Below are positions 15,969 through 28,301 of a stretch of 64,000 nucleotides of DNA, piece after piece. How positions within the stretch are numbered: position 1 is the stretch's first letter; each line of letters opens with the position of its first letter. The stretch is from Auanema rhodensis (lineage: Eukaryota; Animalia; Nematoda), in assembly GCA_964057225.1 (NCBI GenBank), contig OZ059899.1, positions 11,966,001 through 12,030,000 of the forward strand, given 5' to 3'. A program made the translations under genes and the position numbers. Under the pieces are notes generated by a model. The model saw only the letters and a program-made list of their open reading frames with translations, ran no database searches and had not been told where the DNA came from.

Positions 15969-18563
15969 TTATTCTGATGGTTCAGGCCTGAAACAATTTT
16001 GTATTTAATATATTATGATCTCATTTTATAAATATATAGATACGTTTACAAAATAAAAAATACATACCGTACATGAGGTTGCCGAACCGGTAAAGAGTCA
16101 GACGATAGTTGCTTGGGTAATGCGTTTAAACTAGATTCATCCCTAATCACTTTTGGTTGTTTATTAGTGAGTACTGGCATTGGTTTCTTCCCTCCGCCTA
16201 AACGAAAAATATATGTGGTCATATGAATGCTAAACTACTTCGACAAACCCATGCTGAAGAGGAAATTCCTCCATCCGCCCTTTTTATCTTGTTGTTGGGC
16301 GGCTGATAGTACCGCCTTAACAAGAAAACTTTAAAACTATGCAAACAACTAACAAACAACCTTATAAATTTGGGAACGAACAAAACGGGGATAGGAGTCT
16401 TTTGCCATAAGGGTAAAAACATGCTCTTCTGAATGCGTAAAAGCGTGTCTCTTCGCTGCATCACTGTCAGCTTTTCGGAGACAGTCCAACGTTTGGTCAA
16501 GTGTTCTATTATCAACGTTAACCTGTGACGCAGCATTAGGACCAAGGAATTCATCATAAATAGCTTGAGATTTTTTGTAAATATCTCGATTAGGCGATAA
16601 CTTTAGTTCTTGAATCTTTAACCAGAATCTAATATTTTCAGAGGAATATTCAGATTCTAAAAATGTTTCCAAGACCTACAACAATAATATTAAAATGAAG
16701 AAGAACTTTACGGGATTTACCTGCCGACCCATGCTATCTCTCACGAGTTCATGTACTGATAAGCCCCATCGTTTTACACGCAACTCAGTTGGTATTTCAA
16801 CGCTGAAATTCCAGAAACGATAAAAAATGTGAAAGTTCAAACTCACGAGTCAGAGTTAAGAATCCAGAAACTTTGATCTTCTGTAACCCAAGGATTTCCA
16901 CCGGGAACGGGGGGACTTAAGAAGGGATCATACTCTACCCGTTGATCAACCCATGTTACCATTCTAAAACAAGATGAAGTAGAATAAAATTTTACTAATT
17001 AAGTTACGTGTCGGAAGCCTTCAATGCTTTTAGCCACGGCTTTGTTTTGATACTGAATCTTAATCGTTCTATGGTATTTTTGTAGCCCTGCACTGTTGTT
17101 TTTCGAATACGACGTTCAAGCTAGAAGAAGTATTAAATTGATTTTTCTATATCTCGAAAAACTCCACTACCTTATGCATAGGTTGCTCCAGATACTTGTT
17201 TGGTCCAGGGCGGCGAGAACGCCAAAACGCACGCTCTTCGGAATCATAAACGACCTAAAGATATTATGACTATTCAGTTATTTTAAAACTATTGGAGAAG
17301 TTTTTCCAATAAAAAGTTCCGTACTTTGTCAGCCTTCTTCTTTTCCTTTTGGTGCTTAAGTTGCATTTCAGCCTGTTGAGTAATAAATCCCCACATATGA
17401 GCTAGCAGTTCGGCTAGTCTGACACAAACAAACGGTTTAAAGGTTTATTGATATAATATATACCTGTTGTAGGATTCAGCTTCATCATCCTCCAAGCCAT
17501 GTTTTTGCTCATTTCGAAGCAAGCGCTTATTCAAATATATTGCTAAAGATTGAACTTTATAAAAAAAACCTTAAGAATTAATGTACCATATTCAACATTA
17601 TCAGTATTAGTAGCGTGGGAGGGCCAGAAGTACGGACGTTGTAATCGATACAATGTTCCGTCCTGTTTAACTTCTTTAACTTCTTCAATTACAGGGAATA
17701 AATAGCCATATTGGACAAGTATGGTAGCAAGGTGCTCAGCCTCAAGGTCGCCGTCGCTGATGCCTTGGAATAACTGAAAAGCAAGATGATGATAAACAGT
17801 TTAACATATGATAAAATTTTCAAACCAACCTGCTCTACTAGAAGGGCCACAAGCGATGTTCCTGTGAGTGCTTGAGGTACAGCAACTCGGAAATACTTGT
17901 GTGTTTTAAGCTCAGCTCCTTCCAGTAAGCGACGACTGAGCACGTCCAGCTAAAATACAGTATCTTTTAAACAGTTTCACAATTATAATTTTTATTTTTT
18001 ATAATTTTTTTTTTCAATTTTGAAATAAATTTATCAGTTTTTATAAAAAACTATGACTTATAATTTTTCAATATGCAAAATGGAATAATAAACATTTTTA
18101 AACTAAACCTTTGGAAAACAAAGACATAAGTACAATGTGGAATGTTTAATATTATTATTTTTTATTTCTTATTTCTGATTGCTCATTAAGATCTCAGTAA
18201 AATGATAAAATAGTTAATATATCATAATTTAGAACAGATAAGAGCTATCTTAACAGTTATTAAACAAAAAAACATACGGAAACAAAGCGATAAGCAAGAT
18301 AAGAAACATTACAAGTAATTATGTCTTTGATTTTATAATTATAACAAAAGCATTTCTTGAATTCAAATAACCTTCATCTTTTCACAACAGAGCATTGTGA
18401 CCGACTTATACTAGAAGCGCGAAGACAAGAAAGCAATTTATCGAACTTTCAACGAACTATTGAGCGGTCGGGCTCAGTGGCCCAAGCTCATCCAAACAAA
18501 AGAGGTTTATCAATATTATCAGAATAAGTTGATCCAGCTCACCTTGGCCAGCGGAGTGGTCAT
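15969..18563 (-). CDS. eat-16: R7-family RGS protein with DEP-GGL-RGS domains (EAT-16 orthologue)
   Basis: The N-terminus MTTPLAKLDVLSRRLLEGAELKTHKYFRVAVPQALTG matches EAT-16. The RGS domain reads FLESEYSSENIRFW...QVNVD...LMAKDSYPRFVRS. The last micro-exon 15969-15987 is inferred from a GTATGT...TTTCAG intron. Confidence 0.92.
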
Positions 18564-18649
18564 GCGAGAGGAGCGCGACTGATCGTCGGTCGTCGCAGTA
18601 CTGCTGTCGCCGCGGGGCGCAACCAATGATTTCCAATAATTCCCAACGT

Positions 18650-18775
18650 ATGCGTGTGCTTGTGTGTATGTGAGTGTGTGCGAGTGTGTCTCCGTCGGGG
18701 CGCCGCCGTCGCCGCCGCCGCCGCTGCTGCTGCTCTGCTCTCTCCTCCCGCCGCCGCTGCTGCTGCTGCCGCTTC
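18650..18775. repeat. (TG)n-like tract followed by GCC/GCT trinucleotide low-complexity, GC-rich island 5' of eat-16
   Basis: Directly visible: tgtgtgtatgtgagtgtgtg, cgccgccgtcgccgccgccgccgctgctgctgc and ccgccgccgctgctgctgctgcc. Confidence 0.85.
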
Positions 18776-20285
18776 GTATCTGCGTCCCTGCCAATGCCTT
18801 TCTACGTCGGCACGCGCGTTCTGTTTCTCTCACTCTGCTTAACGCCTGTCGCGCGCGTGACCGAAAGCGACTGAATTTTGTCGCAAGAAGCTTGCAGAAA
18901 AGGGGACAGTTCCACTAAGCATACATCCAGATAGCTTTGATATATCTAAATGAGACTAACTACTTCTAGTTCCTAATGACTAAAAAAATCTGGGAGATCC
19001 AGAAACTAATTATTTTCAAATTGGCATACAATGATACATTGGATCCAATCATATTGGATCAAAAATTGGCATACAACGATACCTTAGATTATAACTGTTT
19101 ATAGAAAAATCATAAATTAATAAAAAATATGATAATTGTGTTATAAAACGCTATCATCGCTAACATTAATCTTTAAAATCAGTCATTAGTGCGCCATTTC
19201 TGCAAACTGTTTAACTCGTATGCACCCACATTTTCCTTTTTTCCACATCTCTTAACTGAGCCATCAACGTATTACGATATTAGAACATTCGAAGTAATTC
19301 AATGCGTTATGGCTCCAAGTTGTTGAACCACCATCGCCTGCTTCCACCCCCTCCCTCGACTGACTCTCGTTCTCGTCTCTTCATCCTATCTCTTTGTGCT
19401 CTAGTCATCACACTATTGCCTAGAGCGATGAGCCGAATGAAGGGGATCTAATCTTCATCTCCTTCGAATACTGTCCAAGACAAACAGTTTTACTCACGTG
19501 TTTATAGATATGCATGGAAAAACCAGTTGCATGACCCAACAACGATGCTTCTTTAATATTCTATCCAAAAATAGAACAAGGATATATGAGAAAGAGAGAC
19601 GAGCGATTTGGCTCTGAAGCAAGAACATGAACCAATTCATGAGATGTACCTAATGGAAACTTTGCCCCCAAAACCAAACGTGTTAGATAATGTGTCAATC
19701 CAGGAAAATTTGGTTTTCTCAGTAGTTTCTGTCTAACATTTAGTGCTGAAGCAACCAAGAGATAGACGCGGAAGCATCATGCTAAGCCATTAGGGCTTTG
19801 TTGGTAGCACAACGGATGCGGGATACTAACGATGAACGATTGTGCCTCAACCCACGCAGTTTTTGAAATAGCTTTCAGTTCAAAAATTTTTGACAATACT
19901 ATCTGAATATGTCTCATCTTTAATGAAGAAAAAACTTCCCCTTCTTCTTCTCTAAATTTTCAAAAATAGGGAAAAAAGTTACAATTCTTAACTAATAACT
20001 GAAGCCATGTACTAAATTCCATTTTATGTGGGAAAATAGAAATTCAACAAGCCCCACATGACAATACATGCGTCGGTCCTAATAAGGCTTGACACTAGGC
20101 AATTGACTTTTTGTATATTGGTCCTCACACGATTTATTTAGTGGCGACGCTATGCCAATCGATGTCTCATATTATGCGTTATATATTTAACATGTCAACT
20201 TTTTTTCAAATTTATTTAAATTTCTACAATTGTGAATGAAAAAAAAATATTTGAATGGGATAAATTTAGGGCGTATTGATGCGAA

Positions 20286-22552
20286 ATGGTTAAAAACTTA
20301 ATATTAAAATGCAAAGGCCTGCCGTACTCTTGTACAGTAGAAGATCTTCGAAAGTTTCTAGGAGGTTTTGTTTCTGCTGGCTTTTAATAGTTAGCAAGTT
20401 TTTTGAACTTTAAGATGCCGGAATTGCAAAAGTTGAACTCCCAATGCGTGATGGTAAAGCGATGGGCGATGCTACAGTTCATTTTGATAATGATATAGAT
20501 TACAATAATGCATTAAAGAAAGATCGCGAACATATGGGTCATAGGTACGTTGTTTTCTCTCTGGCTATATCAAATTTTTCTTCTAAAGGTATATTGAAGT
20601 TTTCCCTGCTGATGAAGACAGGTCTCGACCACGTTTCCCCCCTAGTGATAGGTTGTTACTATTAAGCAGTATCCATTATTAACTTCCATGATTTACAGGG
20701 GACGTGGTAGGGGTGATTATGGATACAATGGGCGAGGTGGAGGATCTTCTCGTCGTGGTGGGGAACGTACATCAACAGGCAATGATGGCATTGTTCGACT
20801 TCGGGGCTTACCATTTAGTGCAAGGGAAAGAGACATTTATGACTTTTTTGCTCCTCTTCCTATCGTTCATGTTTGTCAATGATCAATATGTTATATTTGA
20901 TGAAAGGGTGTTTCAGAGTGGTGTTCTTTTACCGGATTCTCGAGATGCCCCTAAAAATAATGGAGAGGCATTTGTGGTGTTTGAAGATTCACAATCAGCC
21001 AGCCTTGCTCTGCAACGTCACATGAAAAACATGCAACATAGGTTTGTTTTACTTTTTTCTTCGAATATTTTTTATTCATATAATCGTACACCCGTGGTTG
21101 GAATCTTTGTTTTATTATTCATTTTTATGCTTTTTGGCTTTTTTGTATTTCTAAATTATCGATTGTAAATTTGGCTATGAGCAAATAGCTATGGAAATGT
21201 GTTGGACGGTATGGCTAGTGGAGTTTTTCTTGATTCGGTTTCTAAGGCTAGGAATAGGTGTTAAATTTTGATTGTGCCACATTGACATTAGTTCTTTGCT
21301 CAGCTTTAATTTTTTCGAGAATTTTTTTTGGAATGGAGGTATTGGTCTACTTTAGGTATATCGAGGTATTCAATGCGACGTATCAAGAAATGGTTAGATT
21401 CTGTGATGATAATCGCTTGCGTGCTCCTCGCACTGGGGGAAGAGGTAATAGTTATGGAGCATCAGGAAGAGGTGGATACGATGAATATTCAAATCACGGA
21501 GGTTTTGGTGGTGGATCTCATGCTCCTCCGGAGTACGGAGGAGGGTATGGACGCTCTCCAACGTATGACCGTAGATCCGGTCCCTCCTATGACCCGGGCT
21601 ACGGATCATCTACTCCGGCAGACTATGGTTGGGGAGGGCCTGAAGCACGGGGACCCGAGCCCAGAGGCCCTTCAGCTGATCCATATGCCAGAGGGAGTGA
21701 TCCGTATATTCGGCAGGGGGTAGAAATGTATGGACGTCCTTCTGATACTTATGCCAGGCCTGCTTCTGAAGACCCATATGCACGACGAGCGTTCCCACCT
21801 GATGATGACTATACTAGACCTGTACGCCCGGATCCATATATGCGCTCAACCGATGCTTACGGGCGGCCAGCGGCAGGAGAATCCTGGAGAGAAGAGCGAC
21901 CAGAAAGTCAGCGGTCCACAAATCCTACAGGATATGGAGAAAACAATTCCTGGGATGGATATGGCTATGGATCAGATTATCGACAACATACGGGTGGTGG
22001 TCCGATGAGACGGGAAGCATCGGGTAGTGCCTGGAGGGATGATAGAAGGGAAGCTCCTCGTGGAAGGGAACGTCCTGGCCAGAAGTATATTCTCAAGATG
22101 AGAGGAGTACCTTTCAGAGCAGTAGAGACGGATGTTTATGACGTAAGTTTGTATCATTTAGTTATTGAAATGTGAGATCAAAGGGGGTTAGGGGGTTTTA
22201 TAAATTTGCGGGCAGTTTTGTTTTGGCTGAATTTCCTTGTCAGGCTGGTTGGATGGCATTCAATGTTTTTGAGATCAATCAACATTAAATCTTTCGTTTT
22301 CGTTGTTGACCTTGTTTTTATAGTTTTTCACACCTATACGCCCTCAAAAAGTTGAGATAATTCGAGAACCTGGAGGTAGGCCGTCAGGAGAAGCTAGAGT
22401 GGAGTTTGAAACCCGAAAAGATTATGACGAAGCCCTTCTAAAAGATAAGCAGTACATGGGTATGTTTGAAAGACATTAAATGTTTTTATTAATCGTTTGC
22501 TGTAGGAGCTCGTTATGTGGAACTGTTCCCCGATTTTGGTGGAAGATATTGA
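20286..22552 (+). CDS. hrpf-1: hnRNP F/H-like RNA-binding protein with three quasi-RRMs and a Gly/Tyr/Arg-rich linker
   Basis: qRRM signatures are ILKCKGLPYSCTVEDL...KDREHMGHRYIEVF, VRLRGLPFSARERDIYDFF...GEAFVVF...MQHRYIEVF, and LKMRGVPFRAVETDVYDFF...GRPSGEARVEF...YMGARYVELF. Confidence 0.85.
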
Positions 22553-22748
22553 ATTATAAGTTTTTTTATTTGATTCACGTTGCTTCATATTGTTATTATT
22601 ATTTCATACAATTTGTAATTTATATATTGCATTACCTAGACAAACTAATAAATAATTTAAATTCTTTATAAGACTTTTGGAATGAAAAGTTTTGAACTTC
22701 AAATTATCTCCTAATCCATAATGTATGAAGTTTATGGTTTTTATATAG

Positions 22749-25700
22749 ATGACGTTTTATCTGAAGGATGGTGAAACTCGTAGGAAAAATGTGTATGTAC
22801 CTGGCAGAGATTCGTTGGTCGATGAAGTAATGAGAGGATGGGAATCCAAGTGAGGAATTCCAAGAGTTTGGTGTTTAAAGTTTATAAATTATCATAGATA
22901 TTGTGTATTCTCTAATGCAACTATATGTATAACAACATTCAATGTTAATGGAAAAACTCCAATACAATCACTACCCAATTGGTTTCCTGAGGGAAAGGTT
23001 GCAGATTTTTATGCTATTGGGTATGACACACATTGAACGAAAATTTAAATCATAGTTCATTGTCTTACAGACTTCAAGAAATGGACCTCTCAGTAGGCAC
23101 TTATTTAATTGATAATACAAAAAAAATGGAAGAATGGTTGTCATGTATTAAAAATTCTCTGCCTGGTGGTCCCAGCAATTTCGAAATTGTAGGCTTTCTC
23201 AGTCGTTTATCCGATCTTATTGGTTAATTCCATATTTAGATTTCGTCAATGCGCCTTGTGGGCATATTTGTAGTTCTAATTAAAAATCGTGCATCAAGTG
23301 TACGAGTTACGAATGTTTCTACGAATTTCGTTCCAACCGGAATATCTGTTGGAATCAATAAACTTGGAAATAAGGTTATCTTTGCATAAACTGTTAAGAT
23401 AATTACAAAAGTTATTTTAAGGGAGGTACAGGTATTTCTCTAAAAATGAATGATACCTATGTCTGTTTTGTCAATTGTCATTTGGCTGCTGGCAATGCTG
23501 AAGTTGACAGAAGAAATCAAGACTTTCGGTATTTGAAATTGAAATTCAACTTTTAAATATCGAATTTATAGCGATATTTCGCAGTTATCTTTCGGTAACA
23601 ACCTCTCCTTATATGACCATGACGTCGTTTTCTGGTTTGGAGACTTGAACTATAGAATTAATGCTGAAAGTGCTGGCTGGACAGGAAATGATGTAAACAT
23701 TTAATAATCTCACAATTAAAACAAAAAAAACGTTAAGGTTCGTGATATTGCCACAAGTAAGGACTTTCCAACATTGTTCAAATACGATCAGGTTTTTATC
23801 ACTTTATTTTGAGTTTCCATGTCTTTCATTCAGCTGAAAGAGCAACAAGCCCAGAATAAATGTTTTGTCGGTTTTCAAGAGCCTAGCTGCCTAACATTCC
23901 GTCCAACATATAAATATGATCCAGGAACTTGTATTTGGGATACCAGTGAAAAGGTTTTTAAAACTTATTAAACGATGTTTTGACATATTTTTATTATTGT
24001 AGGCTCGCGCTCCAGCATGGTGTGACCGTGTTTTATATTGGACAAGAGCACAAAATTATGAGATTGAACAATATCTCTATGACAGGTGAATCGGCTTTGA
24101 CTTTTTATTTTCGAATAGATTTATGAATTTCTGTTAAAATTAACGTATACAAAAGTACAAAACAATCCACGTGGGTTGATGTGGATATCACTTCATTTTT
24201 TAACGAAATGCAATGTACAGTGGTTGAAATTTCTAAATTTAGTGACATAACACTATACCTCATATCCATTATTTCAGTGTTCCGCAAATCACTGTAAGTG
24301 ATCACAAACCCGTTAGAGCTGGATTCAATATGGTTCTCAAAGAAATGAATCAGGTAGTTTGTAGGTAGTTATTCCTATATACTTTCACGTTTAGGACAAA
24401 GCTGATGCTCTTTATGATGAAGCTATTAGAGAAGCTGATCGTAGAGCTAATGATAATCTTCCTCAGGTAGAATTAAGTGAAAGAGAGGTAAACTTTTATT
24501 TGGCTCCTATTATTTTGGTCTTGAAATTTTAGGTGGACTTCGGTGAAGTACGCTTCCTTGAACCTATATCACAATTGATTACCGTAAAGAACACCGGTAA
24601 ATGCTCCGTAAGTTCTATAAATAAAAAACAGTTTCTTATTACCCTTTCGTAGGTTCGCTTTAAATTCATGCTTCGCGAAAATAGTACAATAAGTGCAAAT
24701 TGGCTTCAAGTTACCCCTCCAAGTTATCTTATTCCCGTAGGGCAATCTACACAGGTTTGCTTGCCATAATGATTTGAGAAGTACTCTGAAAATTCAGATT
24801 TCCTTAACTGTAATTGTTGACAAGAAGATATCATGGGAGCTCACTGAAAATGATCTTCAAGATATTTTAGTAATGAATTTAGAACATGGACGAGATCATT
24901 TCATACCCGTAACAGCAAAATACTACCCTAGGTAATTTGATTACAAAAATAAAAAACATTTCCCGATTTGAACGATTTTAGATGTTTTGGTGTAACGTTG
25001 GAAAGACTAATAAGCAACAAAAGGCAGAACTCGAATCTTATAGATTTTGTAAGTTTTATTTAGTTTAATTAGTTTATGTGAAACATCTCTAGTTTCATCT
25101 CTTTGGTGCTCGTTATTAAACGAGTTGTTTCACATATAATAGATAACCATCTACGAATATATACAGGATGAAAGTGTAATGACCTTAACCCTTATGTCAT
25201 GCCATTCGTTGATTTCAAAGCTTTCACTCATTTTCAAATTCATGTTTAGGGTGATGCTAACGCCTCCGAAGACTTGTCTCCTCCAAACGTCCCTCGCGAG
25301 GTATATTCTGACATCTTAAGACCAGTTATTGGTCTATCATCAACTGTTTCATTCAACTGAATATTTTTCGCTTTCAGTTCTTCCGATTAGTGTCTGCGTT
25401 ACAAGCACAAAGAGTAGACAATTTAGATCTAGTAGATGGAATTCTCCGTAATCCAACTTTCGTTCGTGTGCGAAACGCTCTAGAAAATGATTGTCCAAAA
25501 GATCTAAGTAAGTTAAATTACAAACTAATTTTGATAAATGTCTTTGCTTAGCAAAATTGGATGTCTCATCAAATGACTTATACAATGTACTCATTCGCTT
25601 GGTGGATTCTTTGAAATGTATGAATTCATGCATTGTACGAAATACAAAATGTAATTCTGTTAATTCAGACCCACTTATCCCTGAAAATCGTCATGAAGAA

Positions 25701-26067
25701 ATCAAGAGATCTTGTCGCGAATCTGGTCGTTTATGGGCATTGATTGGATCATTGCCACCTATCAACGGGGCTGTAATTGAATATTTAATAAGATATTTAA
25801 CCGAAGTAGTTCGCCACAAGCCATCTGCAGAAGGTATATCATTCTTTCTATTTTAATTTTACTTACCGTTACCTTTGTGAAGATTTCCTCGTTGTGTGGG
25901 CTGATATATTGTTCCGAGACCGTAATTCTCAAAATATTGGAGTTCGTCCGACAGCTACAAGCAATAGTGACCCTAGAACAATTGCATTGTGGAGTTTATG
26001 TGCTTATGATAAGCAAGTTGCCATTTTTCACAGCCAATCTACACCTAAATTATCAAATTCCTCATAG
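22749..26067 (+). CDS. ocrl-1: OCRL/INPP5B-type inositol polyphosphate 5-phosphatase (5-phosphatase, ASH and RhoGAP-like domains)
   Basis: Contains TFNVNG, YAIGLQEMDLS, GNKGG, CFVNCHLAAG, HDVVFWFGDLNYRI, FRPTYKYD, PAWCDRVL and SDHKPV, followed by an ASH domain, a LIDF clathrin box and a degenerate RhoGAP domain. Confidence 0.95.
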
Positions 26068-26980
26068 GACGTAAATTAAATCAATCTTAAATTTCTAGGC
26101 TCAGCAAAAAAAAATTTGTTTACCAACTGACTGATTTTCAAAATGGTTAAAAATATCCGTTTTGACCTTATATTCTCTTCGTTTTTCCATCTTTACTAGT
26201 TACAGTCAGTAAAACATCTGAGTGAAAGAGTTTGCTTAGTGATCATCAAATGCTTTGATATTCTGTGAATATCAAACAATTGTAAAACTCTTAGGTGTCC
26301 ATTATTCATTAAAATGGATCAGATATTTCTCTGTTTGCCATCTATTCAACTTCACTTTGTTTTTTGTTTTTATCTGTCTTATCTTTCTAGAATACATATA
26401 GAAATAGGCTTGTTTACTATAAACAGACCGTGTCATGGTTTTTCCTTTTAAGCTAAAAACACAAAGTGACCTTCATTTTTATAACGAAGAGAATATTTTT
26501 AGAGGATTTCTCTATAGCTTTAATCCTTCTAGGATACTTATTTGAGGCTTGTAGAAACTCTATAGCATGTACCCATGTTAGTTTTCTGAGACTTAAGCTC
26601 TTCACTTTTATTTGAGCTTATATTAGAACTAATTTTGAATCTGTGATTATTATTTTATTTGTATTCTACTAACACCCCCCCATCCCACCCTATTCATTGG
26701 GTTCTTTGTAAATCTTAACTATTTAGTCTTATTCTTTGATTTTTATCAGATTTCTATTAACATTTTATTGAATTTATATTTATGTATATGTAACTTACAG
26801 GCATTTAATCTAGTGAAAGCCGACTAATGTGATATATCGTTCGTAGAAACCCGGTGCATTTATTCTGAATTAACAACGTTTTGAAATTATTATTTTCTCC
26901 ATTTTAATGGTTTTCAACCATATTTATCTTATCTTTCCTTTTTAGTATTTAAAGATATGGTGCCTTTAATGGGTTTTAGG

Positions 26981-28301
26981 ATGTCTTGGCTATTAAATGA
27001 TTTGCGAAAAAAGATGAATGAGACTTTAGCAAGTCTTGATTCATCCTATCATCCAGAAGGAGTTCCTGTGAGTTAGCTTGAGAAAGTTTTATGAATTCTA
27101 TTATATTGCAGTATGAAGAGAAAACTGAGGAATCAGAAGAAGAAAAGGCTGCTTCACCTAACGATGATACAAAGAAAGCTATAATTTCGGAAGATCTTCA
27201 ACAGAAAGGAATAGCTTTTGCTGGTAATAATTCAATTGGCGTATGCATAGATTATGATTTTTTTATAGCTAAATTGTTCGATTACGCTAAAGAATCAACT
27301 GTAATTGCGGGCAAAAGTCTTGAAGTTGTGAAAAATGCGGTTGAGAAACATGTAAGTGAAATGCTTTTCGAATTTTAAATTTTTCTTCATGTTCTCCTTT
27401 TAGACTCTGATTGGCGATTTCAATAATGAATTGGCTTCTTTTGAAAAAGAACTTGAGGTGTGTGGTTACTCTTGTTAATAAGCAGAAAGAGAAAGATCAC
27501 TATTTTGTTTACTACTTTAAGGGTAAAAAACACAAGCCAGTTCGTATCCCATGGGAAGGATTATCTGATGAAAGTTTGGCTAAAAAGCAAATGCTTTCCC
27601 TATCATTGGTATTCTTTTTGTTTGAAATGTGAAAGGTTTAAACTGTTTCTTTCAGGATCCTCATAATTTTTTGAGAGATTCCCCAGGAGATTCTGAATTC
27701 ACTGATGAAGAACAGCAGGCTATGGCTGCTATTCTGATAAAAGAGGACCCAAATTTGAATAAAGTTCGCTTCCAACTAGTCCCCAAACAGTACTTTTTTT
27801 TTGTATATGAATGTAATTTATAATGTTTAGATTAACCGAAACCAAATTTTGGAAAAATTATTTTTATCGAGTATCTTTGATTCGTCAAAGTTTAACTCTG
27901 GGAAACCATGACGAGCCAATCCCATCAACCGCTAATGAACAAGTTGATAGTTTGAAGAGTGTAGAAGAAAAAGAAGAAGATTGTAAAGAAAAGGTATACT
28001 TTTGCATTTTAATTGTTTTTGAATATAGTATATTCAAATTTTTAGTCTAATAGTGTAGAAGAAGCTCAAACGGAAACAAAAGAATCGGATAGCCAACAAC
28101 CAGGAAAAACTGAAGATTCTACGGCTGGTTAGTTCGTATAAGCAATTTATATCCTTGAATTGTTTCTTTTTAGATGAGGAGGATTGGGAAAGGGAGTTGT
28201 TATCAGACTTGAACGAGTATGAAGTTGTTAATGAGAAATCAGGAAAATCGGAGGAACAGTGGGAATCAGATATTCAGGATTTGCTAAACACAGCTGAATA
28301 A
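26981..28301 (+). CDS. BSD-domain protein, SYAP1/Sap47-like
   Basis: Contains [68 protein letters not shown] (BSD domain) and the acidic tail DWEREL...WESDIQDLL. Confidence 0.92.

Noticed and set aside
16111-16132. Partial SL1 similarity (GTTTAA...ATTACCCAAG on the minus strand)
   Set aside because: It lies in eat-16 coding sequence (SLNALPK) and is explained by the codons.
19018-19090. ~27-bp imperfect direct duplication (AAATTGGCATACAA-GATAC-TT-GAT)
   Set aside because: There are only two copies with no spacer array or terminal repeats. It is an ordinary local duplication, not CRISPR or a mobile element.
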